From assembly GCA_963696385.1 (NCBI GenBank), contig CAVOKF010000005.1, forward strand, positions 1,120,001 through 1,184,000: a stretch of 64,000 nt of DNA, read 5' to 3'. The stretch comes from an uncultured delta proteobacterium. GTDB taxonomy: Bacteria > Myxococcota_A > Polyangia > Polyangiales > Polyangiaceae. The notes under the pieces were generated by a model. The model worked only from the letters and a program-made list of their open reading frames with translations. It was not told the DNA's origin and ran no database searches. Position 1 is the first letter of the stretch; the number at the start of each line of letters is the position of its first letter. Below, in pieces: positions 39,838 to 48,534 of this stretch. A program made the translations under genes and the position numbers.

Positions 39838-41433
39838 TCACGGTTCTCCGGGAGCTTCGGGCAGACCGTCCAGCAGGGGAGCGTTGGCGTCACGCGGCAA
39901 CAAGAAACGAAACGATGCGCCGCCTCCGGGCCGGTTCTCGCACCAGATCGTGCCCCCATGGACGGCAATCATCCCGCGGCAGATCGTCAACCCAAGCCCC
40001 ATTCCGCCGGTGGTCGGCGGCGCCGCTCGCTTGAATTTCTCGAAGATGCGTTCCTCCTGTCCCGGCGCGATCCCTGGGCCGCGGTCGGCGATTTCTACCT
40101 GCACTCCACCGTCCTCGCGCGTGGCTCGGATGTCGATGGGACTGCCGGCCGGAGTATACCGAACGGCGTTCTCCACGAGGTTGACCAGGACTTGTTCGAG
40201 CAACGTCGCGTCGAAAGGAGCGAGGGCCGCGTCCGGAGCGATGGCGACGCGAACCGGGCGGTTCTGAAGAGGTTCCTCCATCCGATTGAGCGCAACCCCG
40301 AGCACCTCTTCGAGCGGCTGCCATTCTTTGCGCGCGTGCAGCGCGCCAGCTTCGAGGGAAGTCATATCGAGCAAATTGCGAACGAGCCGATTCAGCCGAC
40401 TTGCTTCTTCGGAAATCGTTTCTAGGTATTCTTGGCGGCGGGATGCGGTGAGTTCACTGTTGCGATCCAACAGAGCCGTCACCGCCCCCTTTACGACCGC
40501 AAGCGGTGTCCGTAAGTCGTGCGATACCGAGCTGAGGAGCGCGTTGCGAAGTCGCTCCTTCTGGACGTCGAAGAGCGCGCGCTGCGCGTCCTCGGCGATC
40601 TGGGCGCGTTCGAACGCGAGGGCCACCTGCGTCGCGAATGCGTCCAGAAGATCGCAGTTGTCCGGATTCTCAAAAAAGTCCGGCAATGGCGGTGTGACGA
40701 GGACGCCGAAGATGGCGTTCGACCCATTCAGGGCGACCAAATGCTGGCCCGTCGGCGCCAGACGCGTCGCGGGTCGCTCGCTCGCTTTCGTGGCGGTCGC
40801 GATGAGCTCGACCGCCAGGTCCGACACCGCCGGGCTCGGCGATTCGGACTCGGCGGTCTCGGGCGCCGTGCCCGATCGACGCACGCTGCCGGCGCCGTTG
40901 GGCAGCAGCACGGCGACGTCATTTCCGAAGAAGTCCCGCAGATGCCGGTGCGCGACTCGCGCGATATCGTCACTCGAGCGTGCGCTCGAGAGCTCACGGC
41001 TCAGCGCGTAGAGTCTCGCGGTTCGCAGTTCACGCCGGCGGACCTGTTCGGCGCTGCGCCGAATGCGCTCCATGAGGTTGGCGATCACGAAGGCCACGAA
41101 AAGCATGATCGCGAACGTGACGACATAGCGCTTGTCGTTGACCGAAAAGCTGAGGTACGGCTCGGTGAAGAAGAAGTCGAATGCGCCGACGCTCAGCACC
41201 GTCGCAAGCAACGACGCGAGATAGCCGAACCGCATGGCGACGACGACGACGCCGAGCAGATAGAGCATCACCACATCGGCCACTTTGTGGTCCAAGGCGA
41301 CCCGACAAACGACGGTATCGATCGCCACGATGGCGATGCTTGCAGCGACGGACAAGCCCACGGGACTGCGCCTGAGGACCACAGTCACCCGTTCGGGCGC
41401 TATGTATTCGCGGTCAGGCGTTCCCGCAGGCAT
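39838..41433 (-). CDS. kdpD: KdpD-like sensor kinase lacking the N-terminal KdpD and Usp domains (DUF4118-GAF-HisKA-HATPase)
   Basis: MLYLLGVV...AFDFFFTEPY 4-TM block; ERLRNALLSSVSHDLRTPL; GMGLGL. Confidence 0.88.
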   Translation of the reverse strand: MPAGTPDREYIAPERVTVVLRRSPVGLSVAASIAIVAIDTVVCRVALDHKVADVVMLYLLGVVVVAMRFGYLASLLATVLSVGAFDFFFTEPYLSFSVNDKRYVVTFAIMLFVAFVIANLMERIRRSAEQVRRRELRTARLYALSRELSSARSSDDIARVAHRHLRDFFGNDVAVLLPNGAGSVRRSGTAPETAESESPSPAVSDLAVELIATATKASERPATRLAPTGQHLVALNGSNAIFGVLVTPPLPDFFENPDNCDLLDAFATQVALAFERAQIAEDAQRALFDVQKERLRNALLSSVSHDLRTPLAVVKGAVTALLDRNSELTASRRQEYLETISEEASRLNRLVRNLLDMTSLEAGALHARKEWQPLEEVLGVALNRMEEPLQNRPVRVAIAPDAALAPFDATLLEQVLVNLVENAVRYTPAGSPIDIRATREDGGVQVEIADRGPGIAPGQEERIFEKFKRAAPPTTGGMGLGLTICRGMIAVHGGTIWCENRPGGGASFRFLLPRDANAPLLDGLPEAPGEP

Positions 41434-41460
41434 CGATCGGCAATCTCTAGAAGCGGTGCT

Positions 41461-42168
41461 CTAGCCGAGGTTCAGTCGGTATCCGCCACCGGCCTCGGTC
41501 ACCAGGTATCTCGGCCGGGTCGGATCCTTTTCGAGCTTCAGTCGCAGCTGTCGGACGTGGGCGCGCAAGTATTGGGCTCGTGTCGATGCCTTGGAACCCC
41601 AGAGAGCGGCGAGAATCTGGTCTTCCGTCAAGGTGCGGCCCGGATTGTGCGCAAGGACCAGGAGCAACTTGCACTCGAGTGGCGTGATATGGACCTCGCG
41701 ACCATCGACCACGAGAGTTCGACGATCGCGGTCAATGCGCAAACGTTCCGTGGCCATGTCCAGCGCGAATCGTTGAGCCTGCATTCGGGCCTTCTGCCGC
41801 AGCCACACTCGGATGCGCGCGGCGAGGTCGCCCTGGGCGAACGGTCGGACGACGTAGTCGTTCGCACCGGCGTCCAAGACCGCCGCTCTTCGGCCGGCTC
41901 GCGCAGCGTCGAATACGGCGACGATGGGCGCCGACGTCCAATCTCGAATTCTCGTCGTGATGCCCACGGCGTCGATGCCTGGGTCGCTCGCGTCGACGAG
42001 AACGACGTCCGGCTCGTGACCGACCGCGCGTGTCAACGCCGCGACGCGCGCTGGCGCCTGCAACGTCCGAAATCCGAAACTGGCGAGACTCGAGACGAGA
42101 GAACGCCCCGTCCGGCGCTCGTCTTCGACCACCAAGACCAGCGGCTGGGCGGAGAAGGCGCCGCTCAT
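41461..42168 (-). CDS. KdpE-like response regulator with a degenerate receiver domain
   Basis: wHTH YLRAHVRQLRLKLEKDPTRPRYLVTE; receiver has YVVRPF (Lys to Arg) and AVFDA in place of ILSA. Confidence 0.85.
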   Translation of the reverse strand: MSGAFSAQPLVLVVEDERRTGRSLVSSLASFGFRTLQAPARVAALTRAVGHEPDVVLVDASDPGIDAVGITTRIRDWTSAPIVAVFDAARAGRRAAVLDAGANDYVVRPFAQGDLAARIRVWLRQKARMQAQRFALDMATERLRIDRDRRTLVVDGREVHITPLECKLLLVLAHNPGRTLTEDQILAALWGSKASTRAQYLRAHVRQLRLKLEKDPTRPRYLVTEAGGGYRLNLG

Positions 42169-42235
42169 CGCGAAGCACCAGCCTCGTTGGAGCATCGATG
42201 AGGCATCGGCGTCCTGTCTTTTACAGCGTCGAGCA

Positions 42236-42322
42236 ATCAAAAAAGCGTAAATTATAGGTGACGCCGAATCCTGGCGAGGCTTGAAGACTCGTGGTCCCGA
42301 TCTATTTTTACTTCCTGCTTAT
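42236..42322. promoter_or_regulatory. Divergent promoter region with two KdpE-like 11-bp direct-repeat pairs
   Basis: Minus strand TTTAC-N6-TTGAT (42251-42236); plus strand TTTAC-N6-CTTAT (42307-42322). Confidence 0.55.
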
Positions 42323-42402
42323 GCTTGATGCATGTAAATTTACGTTACAATTACGGTGGCGCTGCGTATATACCCAAGCGACGACCTCGCTACCCGATAC
42401 TC

Positions 42403-43182
42403 ATGGCCCCTGACCCCATCCGTGCCGAGGAAACGATCCCCGCGAGCGAGCGGCAGCGGGGCGACGCCGGCGGGCCGAACTCGCGTCCGATCATGCCGCT
42501 CATTCTAGTGGTCGAAGACGACTCGCGGATGCGGAAATACCTTCGCTCCACGTTGATGGACGAGCGGTTCCGCGTCGTGGACGCGGAGACCGGGTCTCAA
42601 GGGCTCGTGCAGGCGGCCGGTCACAACCCGGATTTCGTCGTTTTGGACTTCGCGCTTCCGGATCTTGATGCCGTCCAGGTGACTACGAAACTTCGTGAAT
42701 GGACACCTGTGCCCATCCTCATTCTTTCCGCCCACGACGACGAGCACGACAAAATCGCCGCGCTTGACGCGGGCGCGAACGATTACTTGACGAAGCCATT
42801 CGGCACCGGAGAGCTTCTGGCGCGAATTCGCGTATGGCTCCGCCACACGCAGCGTGCCGACACGGATTCGCTCGAATCGGTGCTCGAGGTCGGAGATCTA
42901 CGTATTGATTTTGCCAAGCGAATTGCCTCCGTGCGGGGGAACGAAGTCCGGTTAACGCCGACGCAATACAAGCTATTCGGCGTCATGATGCGGAACGCGG
43001 GCAAAGTGCTGACCCACGAGCAGATCTTGTTCATGGTATGGGGTCCTGCTTACACGAAGGAAACGCAGTACTTGCGCGTATACATGGGCAAATTACGCCA
43101 GAAGTTCGAGGTGGACCCGGCGCGCCCGAGATATTTCATTACCGAGCCGGGCGTGGGTTACCGTCTCCGTATCGCTAGCTGA
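42403..43182 (+). CDS. kdpE: KdpE response regulator (canonical)
   Basis: VVEDD, VLD, ILSA, YLTKPF, GKVLTH, YLRVYMGKLRQK...PARPRYFITEPGVGYR. Confidence 0.92.
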   Translation: MAPDPIRAEETIPASERQRGDAGGPNSRPIMPLILVVEDDSRMRKYLRSTLMDERFRVVDAETGSQGLVQAAGHNPDFVVLDFALPDLDAVQVTTKLREWTPVPILILSAHDDEHDKIAALDAGANDYLTKPFGTGELLARIRVWLRHTQRADTDSLESVLEVGDLRIDFAKRIASVRGNEVRLTPTQYKLFGVMMRNAGKVLTHEQILFMVWGPAYTKETQYLRVYMGKLRQKFEVDPARPRYFITEPGVGYRLRIAS

Positions 43183-43383
43183 GCCCGATGAGAGTTTCTT
43201 GTATCCAAACATTCGTTTTAGAAACGATGCGATGCGCGGGTGGTCAACGTTCGATTCATGCCCGAGTCTTCGTTTAGGGATCGCAGTCCCCAATACCCCG
43301 GATGTAAACGTATCGTAAAAAGAGCACCACCTCCGATAGGCCCGTTGGCGGGGGTGGAGCTTTGCGATTACCTTGACAGTGAG

Positions 43384-44187
43384 ATGCCGGCCGACCCAAC
43401 CGTCGCCGTCGTGGAGGAGGGCCGCGTGGTACGCTTGTTCGGCGATCGCGTGGAGCGGCGGTCCGACGTGGCTCCTCCGGGCAACGACGTCCGGCTGCAG
43501 AGCGTTGACGCCGCGCGGCCCGACGCCGTGCGTGGGCGGCTCGACGCCGAACTCGAACGGACGCTGCGAGAGCCGGTGTCGACCATCGCGATGGCCGCCG
43601 ACGTGTTGCGGCATCAAGTGAGCGAGGCCCAGAGTGCCCACATAAGCGCGATCACCGACGCCGCGCGGCGCGCCGACACGATGATGTGCGATCTCCTGAA
43701 TTTCGTGCGCAGCGGAATGGGGGGACTGACGGCCACGCGCCGCCGCGTCGACCTCACGGTCCTGTGCGAGCGCGTGGTCGATTCGATCTATATCGCTCAC
43801 CCGGACCGCTCGATGATTTTCACGTCGGATCGACGTGTCGACGGCAATTGGGATCCGGACGCCATCGAGAGCTTGCTGTCGAAGCTCGTCCACAATGCCA
43901 TCACGCACGGAGCGCCCCGACCGGCGATTCGCATCAGCGTCAGGGCCTTGCCCGACGAGGCGCTCATCGAGGTGTGGAGCTCTGGTTCGATGGCCGTTCG
44001 CGATTTGCGGGGGAGGCTCTTCGAGCCGTTCTCGGCGGGCCGCTCTTCGAACTCTCGCGGGGCACGCGGGCTCGGATTGGGGCTGTACTTGGCGCGAGAG
44101 ATCGCGCGGGCCCATGGCGGAGGCATCGAGGTGCGGAGCGAGGACAACGACGGCACGACGTTCCGAGTCACGTTGCCGCGGTCGTAG
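43384..44187 (+). CDS. Histidine-kinase-like protein lacking the phospho-acceptor His
   Basis: H-box position reads LERTLREPVSTI; HATPase motifs VHNAITHG, LFEPF, GLGLGL. Confidence 0.78.
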   Translation: MPADPTVAVVEEGRVVRLFGDRVERRSDVAPPGNDVRLQSVDAARPDAVRGRLDAELERTLREPVSTIAMAADVLRHQVSEAQSAHISAITDAARRADTMMCDLLNFVRSGMGGLTATRRRVDLTVLCERVVDSIYIAHPDRSMIFTSDRRVDGNWDPDAIESLLSKLVHNAITHGAPRPAIRISVRALPDEALIEVWSSGSMAVRDLRGRLFEPFSAGRSSNSRGARGLGLGLYLAREIARAHGGGIEVRSEDNDGTTFRVTLPRS

Positions 44188-44230
44188 GCGTCCGCTCCGG
44201 CTCGTGTCGCGAGTGCAGCCCGCCGGTGGC

Positions 44231-44322
44231 ATGCAAGGCCAGCTGACCCGGTGTAGCGGATATTCTGTTCAGGTCTGTCGGATGCCAGGCAAGCTGACCC
44301 GTGTAGCGGATATCCTGTTCAG
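44231..44322 (+). repeat. Two-copy intergenic direct repeat (about 42-bp units, 51-bp period)
   Basis: ATGCaAGGCcAGCTGACCCgGTGTAGCGGATATtCTGTTCAG (44231-44272) and ATGCcAGGCaAGCTGACCCGTGTAGCGGATATcCTGTTCAG (44282-44322). Confidence 0.88.
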
Positions 44323-44543
44323 TCCGATCTTGCGTGTCTTCTGGCGTCGATCGGCCTGGGACCCCGCGTTCAGCGGGGTTTAGTCTGCCAATGGCCCCTC
44401 CAGGCTCAGGCCGCGCGAGGCGCGGCACGCGAACACTGGCGCGCGCCGTTCCGAGGTCGTATGGTTTCCGAAATGTTTCAGATTGAGCCCAACCCAAAAA
44501 TATTCGGCCATTGTGGCGGTCGTGGATGGCCGGAGGTCGCCTC

Positions 44544-45062
44544 ATGAATCGAGTCGCTTTGGGCTTGCTTCCGATCGCGCTAGGGTTCGCCACGGCGTGC
44601 GCCATCGCTGTTCCCCCGGCGACACAAGCCGCGCAGGTCGAGCGCGTTCAATGTGACTCGGGCGCGGCGGAAGCCAACGACCTGCGCATCGTGCAGGGTG
44701 CTTCGGTGATCGCAGCTGAGCCGCTCTATTCGCACGTTCTGACCGGTACCGGTGCGGAGGAGCGGATCGATGGGGCGAAACTGATCATTCGTCCGCCCGC
44801 GGATGTTTCGGCCGATCGCATGACCCGGATCCTGCAATGCCACGGGGCGCGCGCGCTGCTGGGAAAAGTCGAGCGTTCCTCGCTCTCGGACGACCCGTTC
44901 TGGCTGCCCGACACGTGGGTAAGCGTGGAAGTAAAGGTCGAGGACGGTAACTATGCCGTTACGCTCGAGGCCGGCGACACTTCTGGGAATCTCAAGGTCG
45001 CGGCACGCGCCAGAGCCTTTGCCGCGGCACATCCGTTGCGCGAATCCGCCGCGGTCGAATAG
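44544..45062 (+). CDS. Hypothetical lipoprotein
   Basis: GGAGG RBS, lipobox FATAC, globular domain with two more Cys. Confidence 0.75.
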   Translation: MNRVALGLLPIALGFATACAIAVPPATQAAQVERVQCDSGAAEANDLRIVQGASVIAAEPLYSHVLTGTGAEERIDGAKLIIRPPADVSADRMTRILQCHGARALLGKVERSSLSDDPFWLPDTWVSVEVKVEDGNYAVTLEAGDTSGNLKVAARARAFAAAHPLRESAAVE

Positions 45063-45170
45063 GGACCTCGCTCTGGCTCGTTTTGCGCTCGTTGATGCGG
45101 GGCGGGGCGCACCGTGACCCCGCGGAACCGGGCCGCTCTCGGGCGTCGCGGGCCTCTTTGCACGCCGACG

Positions 45171-45503
45171 TCAGGCCACTGCGTCCTGCGCCGGCGAGCG
45201 CCGGCGATTTCGCGTGGCGGCCTCGATGTCGTACACGAAGGCGACGACGTCGTCGCCCTCTCGGTCCAGCGACTCGAGGATTTGTGTAGCGACCGGGGGA
45301 TTCACCAACGCCTCGATCTTCACGTTTCCCGACTCGAGGTCCCCGTACCGTCGCCCCTTCCGCTCACCGCGGCCGTTGACCAAGGAAACGGTGTAGCCCC
45401 GAACGCGTAGCTTGGCGAGAAGGCCTTCCAGACGCTCTTGGAGAGTCCAGCATGCGACCATCGTGATGAGTTTGAGCTTCGTGCTGCGGGCCTTGTTCGC
45501 CAT
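45171..45503 (-). CDS. PII-superfamily protein (SbtB-like)
   Basis: KLITMV...RGYTV...GRGER...GNVKIEALV...AFVYDIE; GGAG RBS. Confidence 0.8.
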   Translation of the reverse strand: MANKARSTKLKLITMVACWTLQERLEGLLAKLRVRGYTVSLVNGRGERKGRRYGDLESGNVKIEALVNPPVATQILESLDREGDDVVAFVYDIEAATRNRRRSPAQDAVA

Positions 45504-45610
45504 GAGCCGTGTTCTCCCGTGCTTGTGTTGCGGAGCACGTGCCGAACGGGGTATTGAGCGCGGCGTCCATCGAGCGTAGACACGAGAGGACGCTGTGGAT
45601 CTGAATTGCA

Positions 45611-45657
45611 AGTGTATACCCGATCGGGCCTTCGCCCTCCAGTAAAGGTCTAATAAA
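45611..45657 (-). promoter_or_regulatory. KdpE-like direct repeat and -10 element upstream of the PII-like gene
   Basis: Minus strand TTTAT-N6-TTTAC (45657-45642), then TACACT (45616-45611). Confidence 0.55.
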
Positions 45658-45930
45658 AAATCCGCCAACCCGCGTCCGGCGTGGCGCTAAAGACGTGCCT
45701 TTCATCGACGCATATTCGTGGATTCAGGAAACGTTTCGGACCCAAAAGGACCGGTCGCGGGGTCGTCAGGTTTCCAAACGAAGTCCATCATCGGGGAAGC
45801 TCTCGGGAATTCGTGTGCTTCGCGCGAGACTGCGTGGCCTTCCAATCCGACGGTTCGTGTCGGCCGTATTTCCGATTACGAGAATCCGTTGGAAGGACGC
45901 AAGCCTCCTGAGGATTGTTCTCCGCCTCGA

Positions 45931-47289
45931 CTATGGCGGTGGCGGCCGCATCGACGCGAAGCTTGCCTCGGGCTCTCGTGACGTCTCGCGCGAGCGGTCC
46001 AGCGCGACCTTGAAGAGGACGGGTCCAATGATCTCGTTGAGCGCAACGGTCGCGATCGCCAACGCCCGGAACGGCGTTCCGATCGACGGGAACTCGCGAG
46101 CCACGACGACGGTAAGCCCCAGCGTCATTCCGGCTTGCGAGATGAGCCCGGAGGCGGCCCAGCGCCGCAAAAGCGGCGGGTCCGCCGCCATGCGGGAAGC
46201 GGTCCGGGCGGCAGCCCAAGTCGTTAGACCCCGGGAGGCGAAGAAAAGCAGCGCCGCCGGCCAGAGTGCTTGAAGCAGCGGAACGTCGAGGTCCGCACCA
46301 GCAATCGCGAAGAAGACGACATAGACGACGGTCGCAGTCTGCTCGATGTATCCGATGAATTTGTGCCCTTGCTGCGACATGTTGCGAACAATGAGGCCGG
46401 CCACCATGAAGGTGAGCAACGAGTCGAACTGCAGGTAGTCGAGCACGCTTGTCGCGCCGAATCCGAGCAGCAGCAGAACGACGAGCATCTGCCGATTCAC
46501 GAGGCGGAGGTACGCGGCGATGACCAGGCCGAGGGTGGTTCCGATCGCCACGCTTCCGAACAAGTCGTGGCCAAGCCTGACGAACGCTCCGGCTGAAAAT
46601 GTCGTGCCCGGGTCGATCAGCGGGCGAGCGATGCCGATCACGGTCGCGACCAGAATGACGACGACGACGTCCGAGACCATGACGAACGCGAGCGTGAAGG
46701 TGGCGAGCGCCCCGCTCGCGCGCGTCTGCGTAAGAATGCCGAGGGTCGCCGAAGGGCTGCGCGTCACGCTGATCGCCGCCCAGCAGAGGGCGACGCCGAG
46801 GGCTGCGCTCGGCGCGAGCGAGCGCGCGAACGGGACCATCGGCCGGGCGACGTAGAAGAGCGCCGTCATGACCGCCAGCCCCGCGAAGGTCTGGACGAGC
46901 AATGCCCAGAAGAGGCCTTTGGCACCCTTGCGCAGGGCGCCCAAATCGAGCTCGGCGCCACCCGCCAGCGCGATGAGAGACAGCGCGAGTGTGTTCACTG
47001 GCGACAGGCTCTTGAGCGTCGACGCATCGAGAAAACGGAGCACGTGGGGGCCGGACGCGATCCCCGCGATGAGATATCCCGTCAGGTGCGGGAGGCCGAT
47101 CGGCGCCAAGAGCTCGCTCGTGAGCGTCCCGGCGAGAAGCAGAAAGCCGATGGCGGCGATGGTCCACGACTCGCCATGGGTCTCCGGCACGAGGCGCGTA
47201 ACGTAGAAAACGATTGCAGCAAACGCTCCGAGCAAGACGGCGTGCGAAAAGCGGGTGCCGGTCGCACCAAGAGCCTGCGCCGTGGCCAT
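45931..47289 (-). CDS. Cation:proton antiporter (CPA2/Kef-like membrane domain, no RCK domain)
   Basis: GLPHLTGYLIAGI..GP, GGAELD, SVTRSP, VSD, FFAIAGADLD, SQAG. Confidence 0.85.
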   Translation of the reverse strand: MATAQALGATGTRFSHAVLLGAFAAIVFYVTRLVPETHGESWTIAAIGFLLLAGTLTSELLAPIGLPHLTGYLIAGIASGPHVLRFLDASTLKSLSPVNTLALSLIALAGGAELDLGALRKGAKGLFWALLVQTFAGLAVMTALFYVARPMVPFARSLAPSAALGVALCWAAISVTRSPSATLGILTQTRASGALATFTLAFVMVSDVVVVILVATVIGIARPLIDPGTTFSAGAFVRLGHDLFGSVAIGTTLGLVIAAYLRLVNRQMLVVLLLLGFGATSVLDYLQFDSLLTFMVAGLIVRNMSQQGHKFIGYIEQTATVVYVVFFAIAGADLDVPLLQALWPAALLFFASRGLTTWAAARTASRMAADPPLLRRWAASGLISQAGMTLGLTVVVAREFPSIGTPFRALAIATVALNEIIGPVLFKVALDRSRETSREPEASFASMRPPPP

Positions 47290-48524
47290 CACACGAGGGC
47301 CTTGTGGGGTGCTGGCGTCTGCGCGGTGACCTCTTCGATTTCGCCCGCGGCGAGCAGCGAGCGTCGCAGCCGCGCCGGCCCTACGAGCTCGCCCACGATG
47401 GCCGACAGCACGACCACGGCCAAGACCGTATCGCCGACCGTGCCGGGGAACCGAAGCGCAAAAGCCAGCCCAACGCAGATCGCCAGCGATCCCGACGACA
47501 TCAGAGACAAGCCTACGAGCACGCCGGCCTTGCGAGCCGACGGGGAGCCCGCGCAGAGCACCCAGCCCATGAGGATCGTGCCCGCAATACGTGCCCCGAT
47601 CGCCACCGCGGCCAGCCACGGCAGAAAAGGTGTCGCTCGAAAGTCCAGCCGAGCGCCGGCCAGCAGAAGCGCGGGCAACAGGACGGGGCGTTCCGTGGGT
47701 CCGACCATGGCTCGCAGTTCGCGGCGGTGGCTGGACAGGGCGGCCACGGCGATGCCCATGAAAAATGTCGTGGTGAGAGTTGCCAGCGCAAGGCGTGCGG
47801 CAACCCCGATCGCCAGCAGGCAGACTCCGAAGAGGACCCCCCACGTGTCCTTTGTCGCAATCTCGCTTCGCAGCAAAAGCGCTGCGCCTGCTCCGAGGAG
47901 AATGGCCGAACCGACGGTCAGGGCAGGCCACTGCCACAGCGGCATTGGACAAACGACGTCGCGCGACGGATCGAGCGCGAACAGCACGGCGACCGCTACA
48001 AGGGGAAGAAGGCTATCGACGTGCGCCACCTCGTCGAAGCTCCGGGCAAGCGGGCCTGCTCGCACCCGATAGCGGTCGGCGACCCACCGAACGGCGCGAC
48101 GCGCGGTTTCCGCGCAGGCGGCACCGAGGCCACCCGACAGAAGAACGCGCTCGGTCCCCGTAAGGCCCGCCTGCAGCCAGCGTGTCGCGAGCCATGTTGC
48201 CACGGCGACTCCCCCGCCCGTGATCCATGCGCTCATGGACCCGAGAGCGAAGCTGCCGCCGCGAACGCGCCGATCGTCGGAAAAGCCGAAGTCCAGGCCG
48301 ACCGCGAAGGCCAGCCAACCGATGGCCACTTGCACGACCGGCTCGAACGCCGTCAGGTCCTTGGCGCCGACCAGGCCGAGCACCTGCGGACCCAGTACGA
48401 AGCCGAGTGCCGCATACTCGACTCCAGAGGCTAAGCCGGACCCGCCACCGGAATGCCGCGTCATCAGAAGGCTGCCGAGCGACGACAGCACGAGCAATCC
48501 GATGAGGAGCAATACGGCGTTCAC
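47289..48524 (-). CDS. Divergent cation:proton antiporter-like membrane protein
   Basis: LGFVLGP, WLAFAVGLD, LLLAGARLD, IVGELVGP; TGATG coupling to the next gene. Confidence 0.75.
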   Translation of the reverse strand: MNAVLLLIGLLVLSSLGSLLMTRHSGGGSGLASGVEYAALGFVLGPQVLGLVGAKDLTAFEPVVQVAIGWLAFAVGLDFGFSDDRRVRGGSFALGSMSAWITGGGVAVATWLATRWLQAGLTGTERVLLSGGLGAACAETARRAVRWVADRYRVRAGPLARSFDEVAHVDSLLPLVAVAVLFALDPSRDVVCPMPLWQWPALTVGSAILLGAGAALLLRSEIATKDTWGVLFGVCLLAIGVAARLALATLTTTFFMGIAVAALSSHRRELRAMVGPTERPVLLPALLLAGARLDFRATPFLPWLAAVAIGARIAGTILMGWVLCAGSPSARKAGVLVGLSLMSSGSLAICVGLAFALRFPGTVGDTVLAVVVLSAIVGELVGPARLRRSLLAAGEIEEVTAQTPAPHKALV

Positions 48525-48534
48525 GAGAGGCTCT

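Noticed and set aside
44231..44322. Mini CRISPR array
   Set aside because: Only two units, about 9 bp between them, and no cas genes.
45661..45930. c-di-AMP (ydaO) riboswitch
   Set aside because: Fragments such as CTGAATCC occur but not in the conserved order; kept only as a generic structured element.
39000..45930. Mobile genomic island
   Set aside because: AT-rich patches are present, but there is no integrase, transposase, tRNA target or flanking direct repeat.
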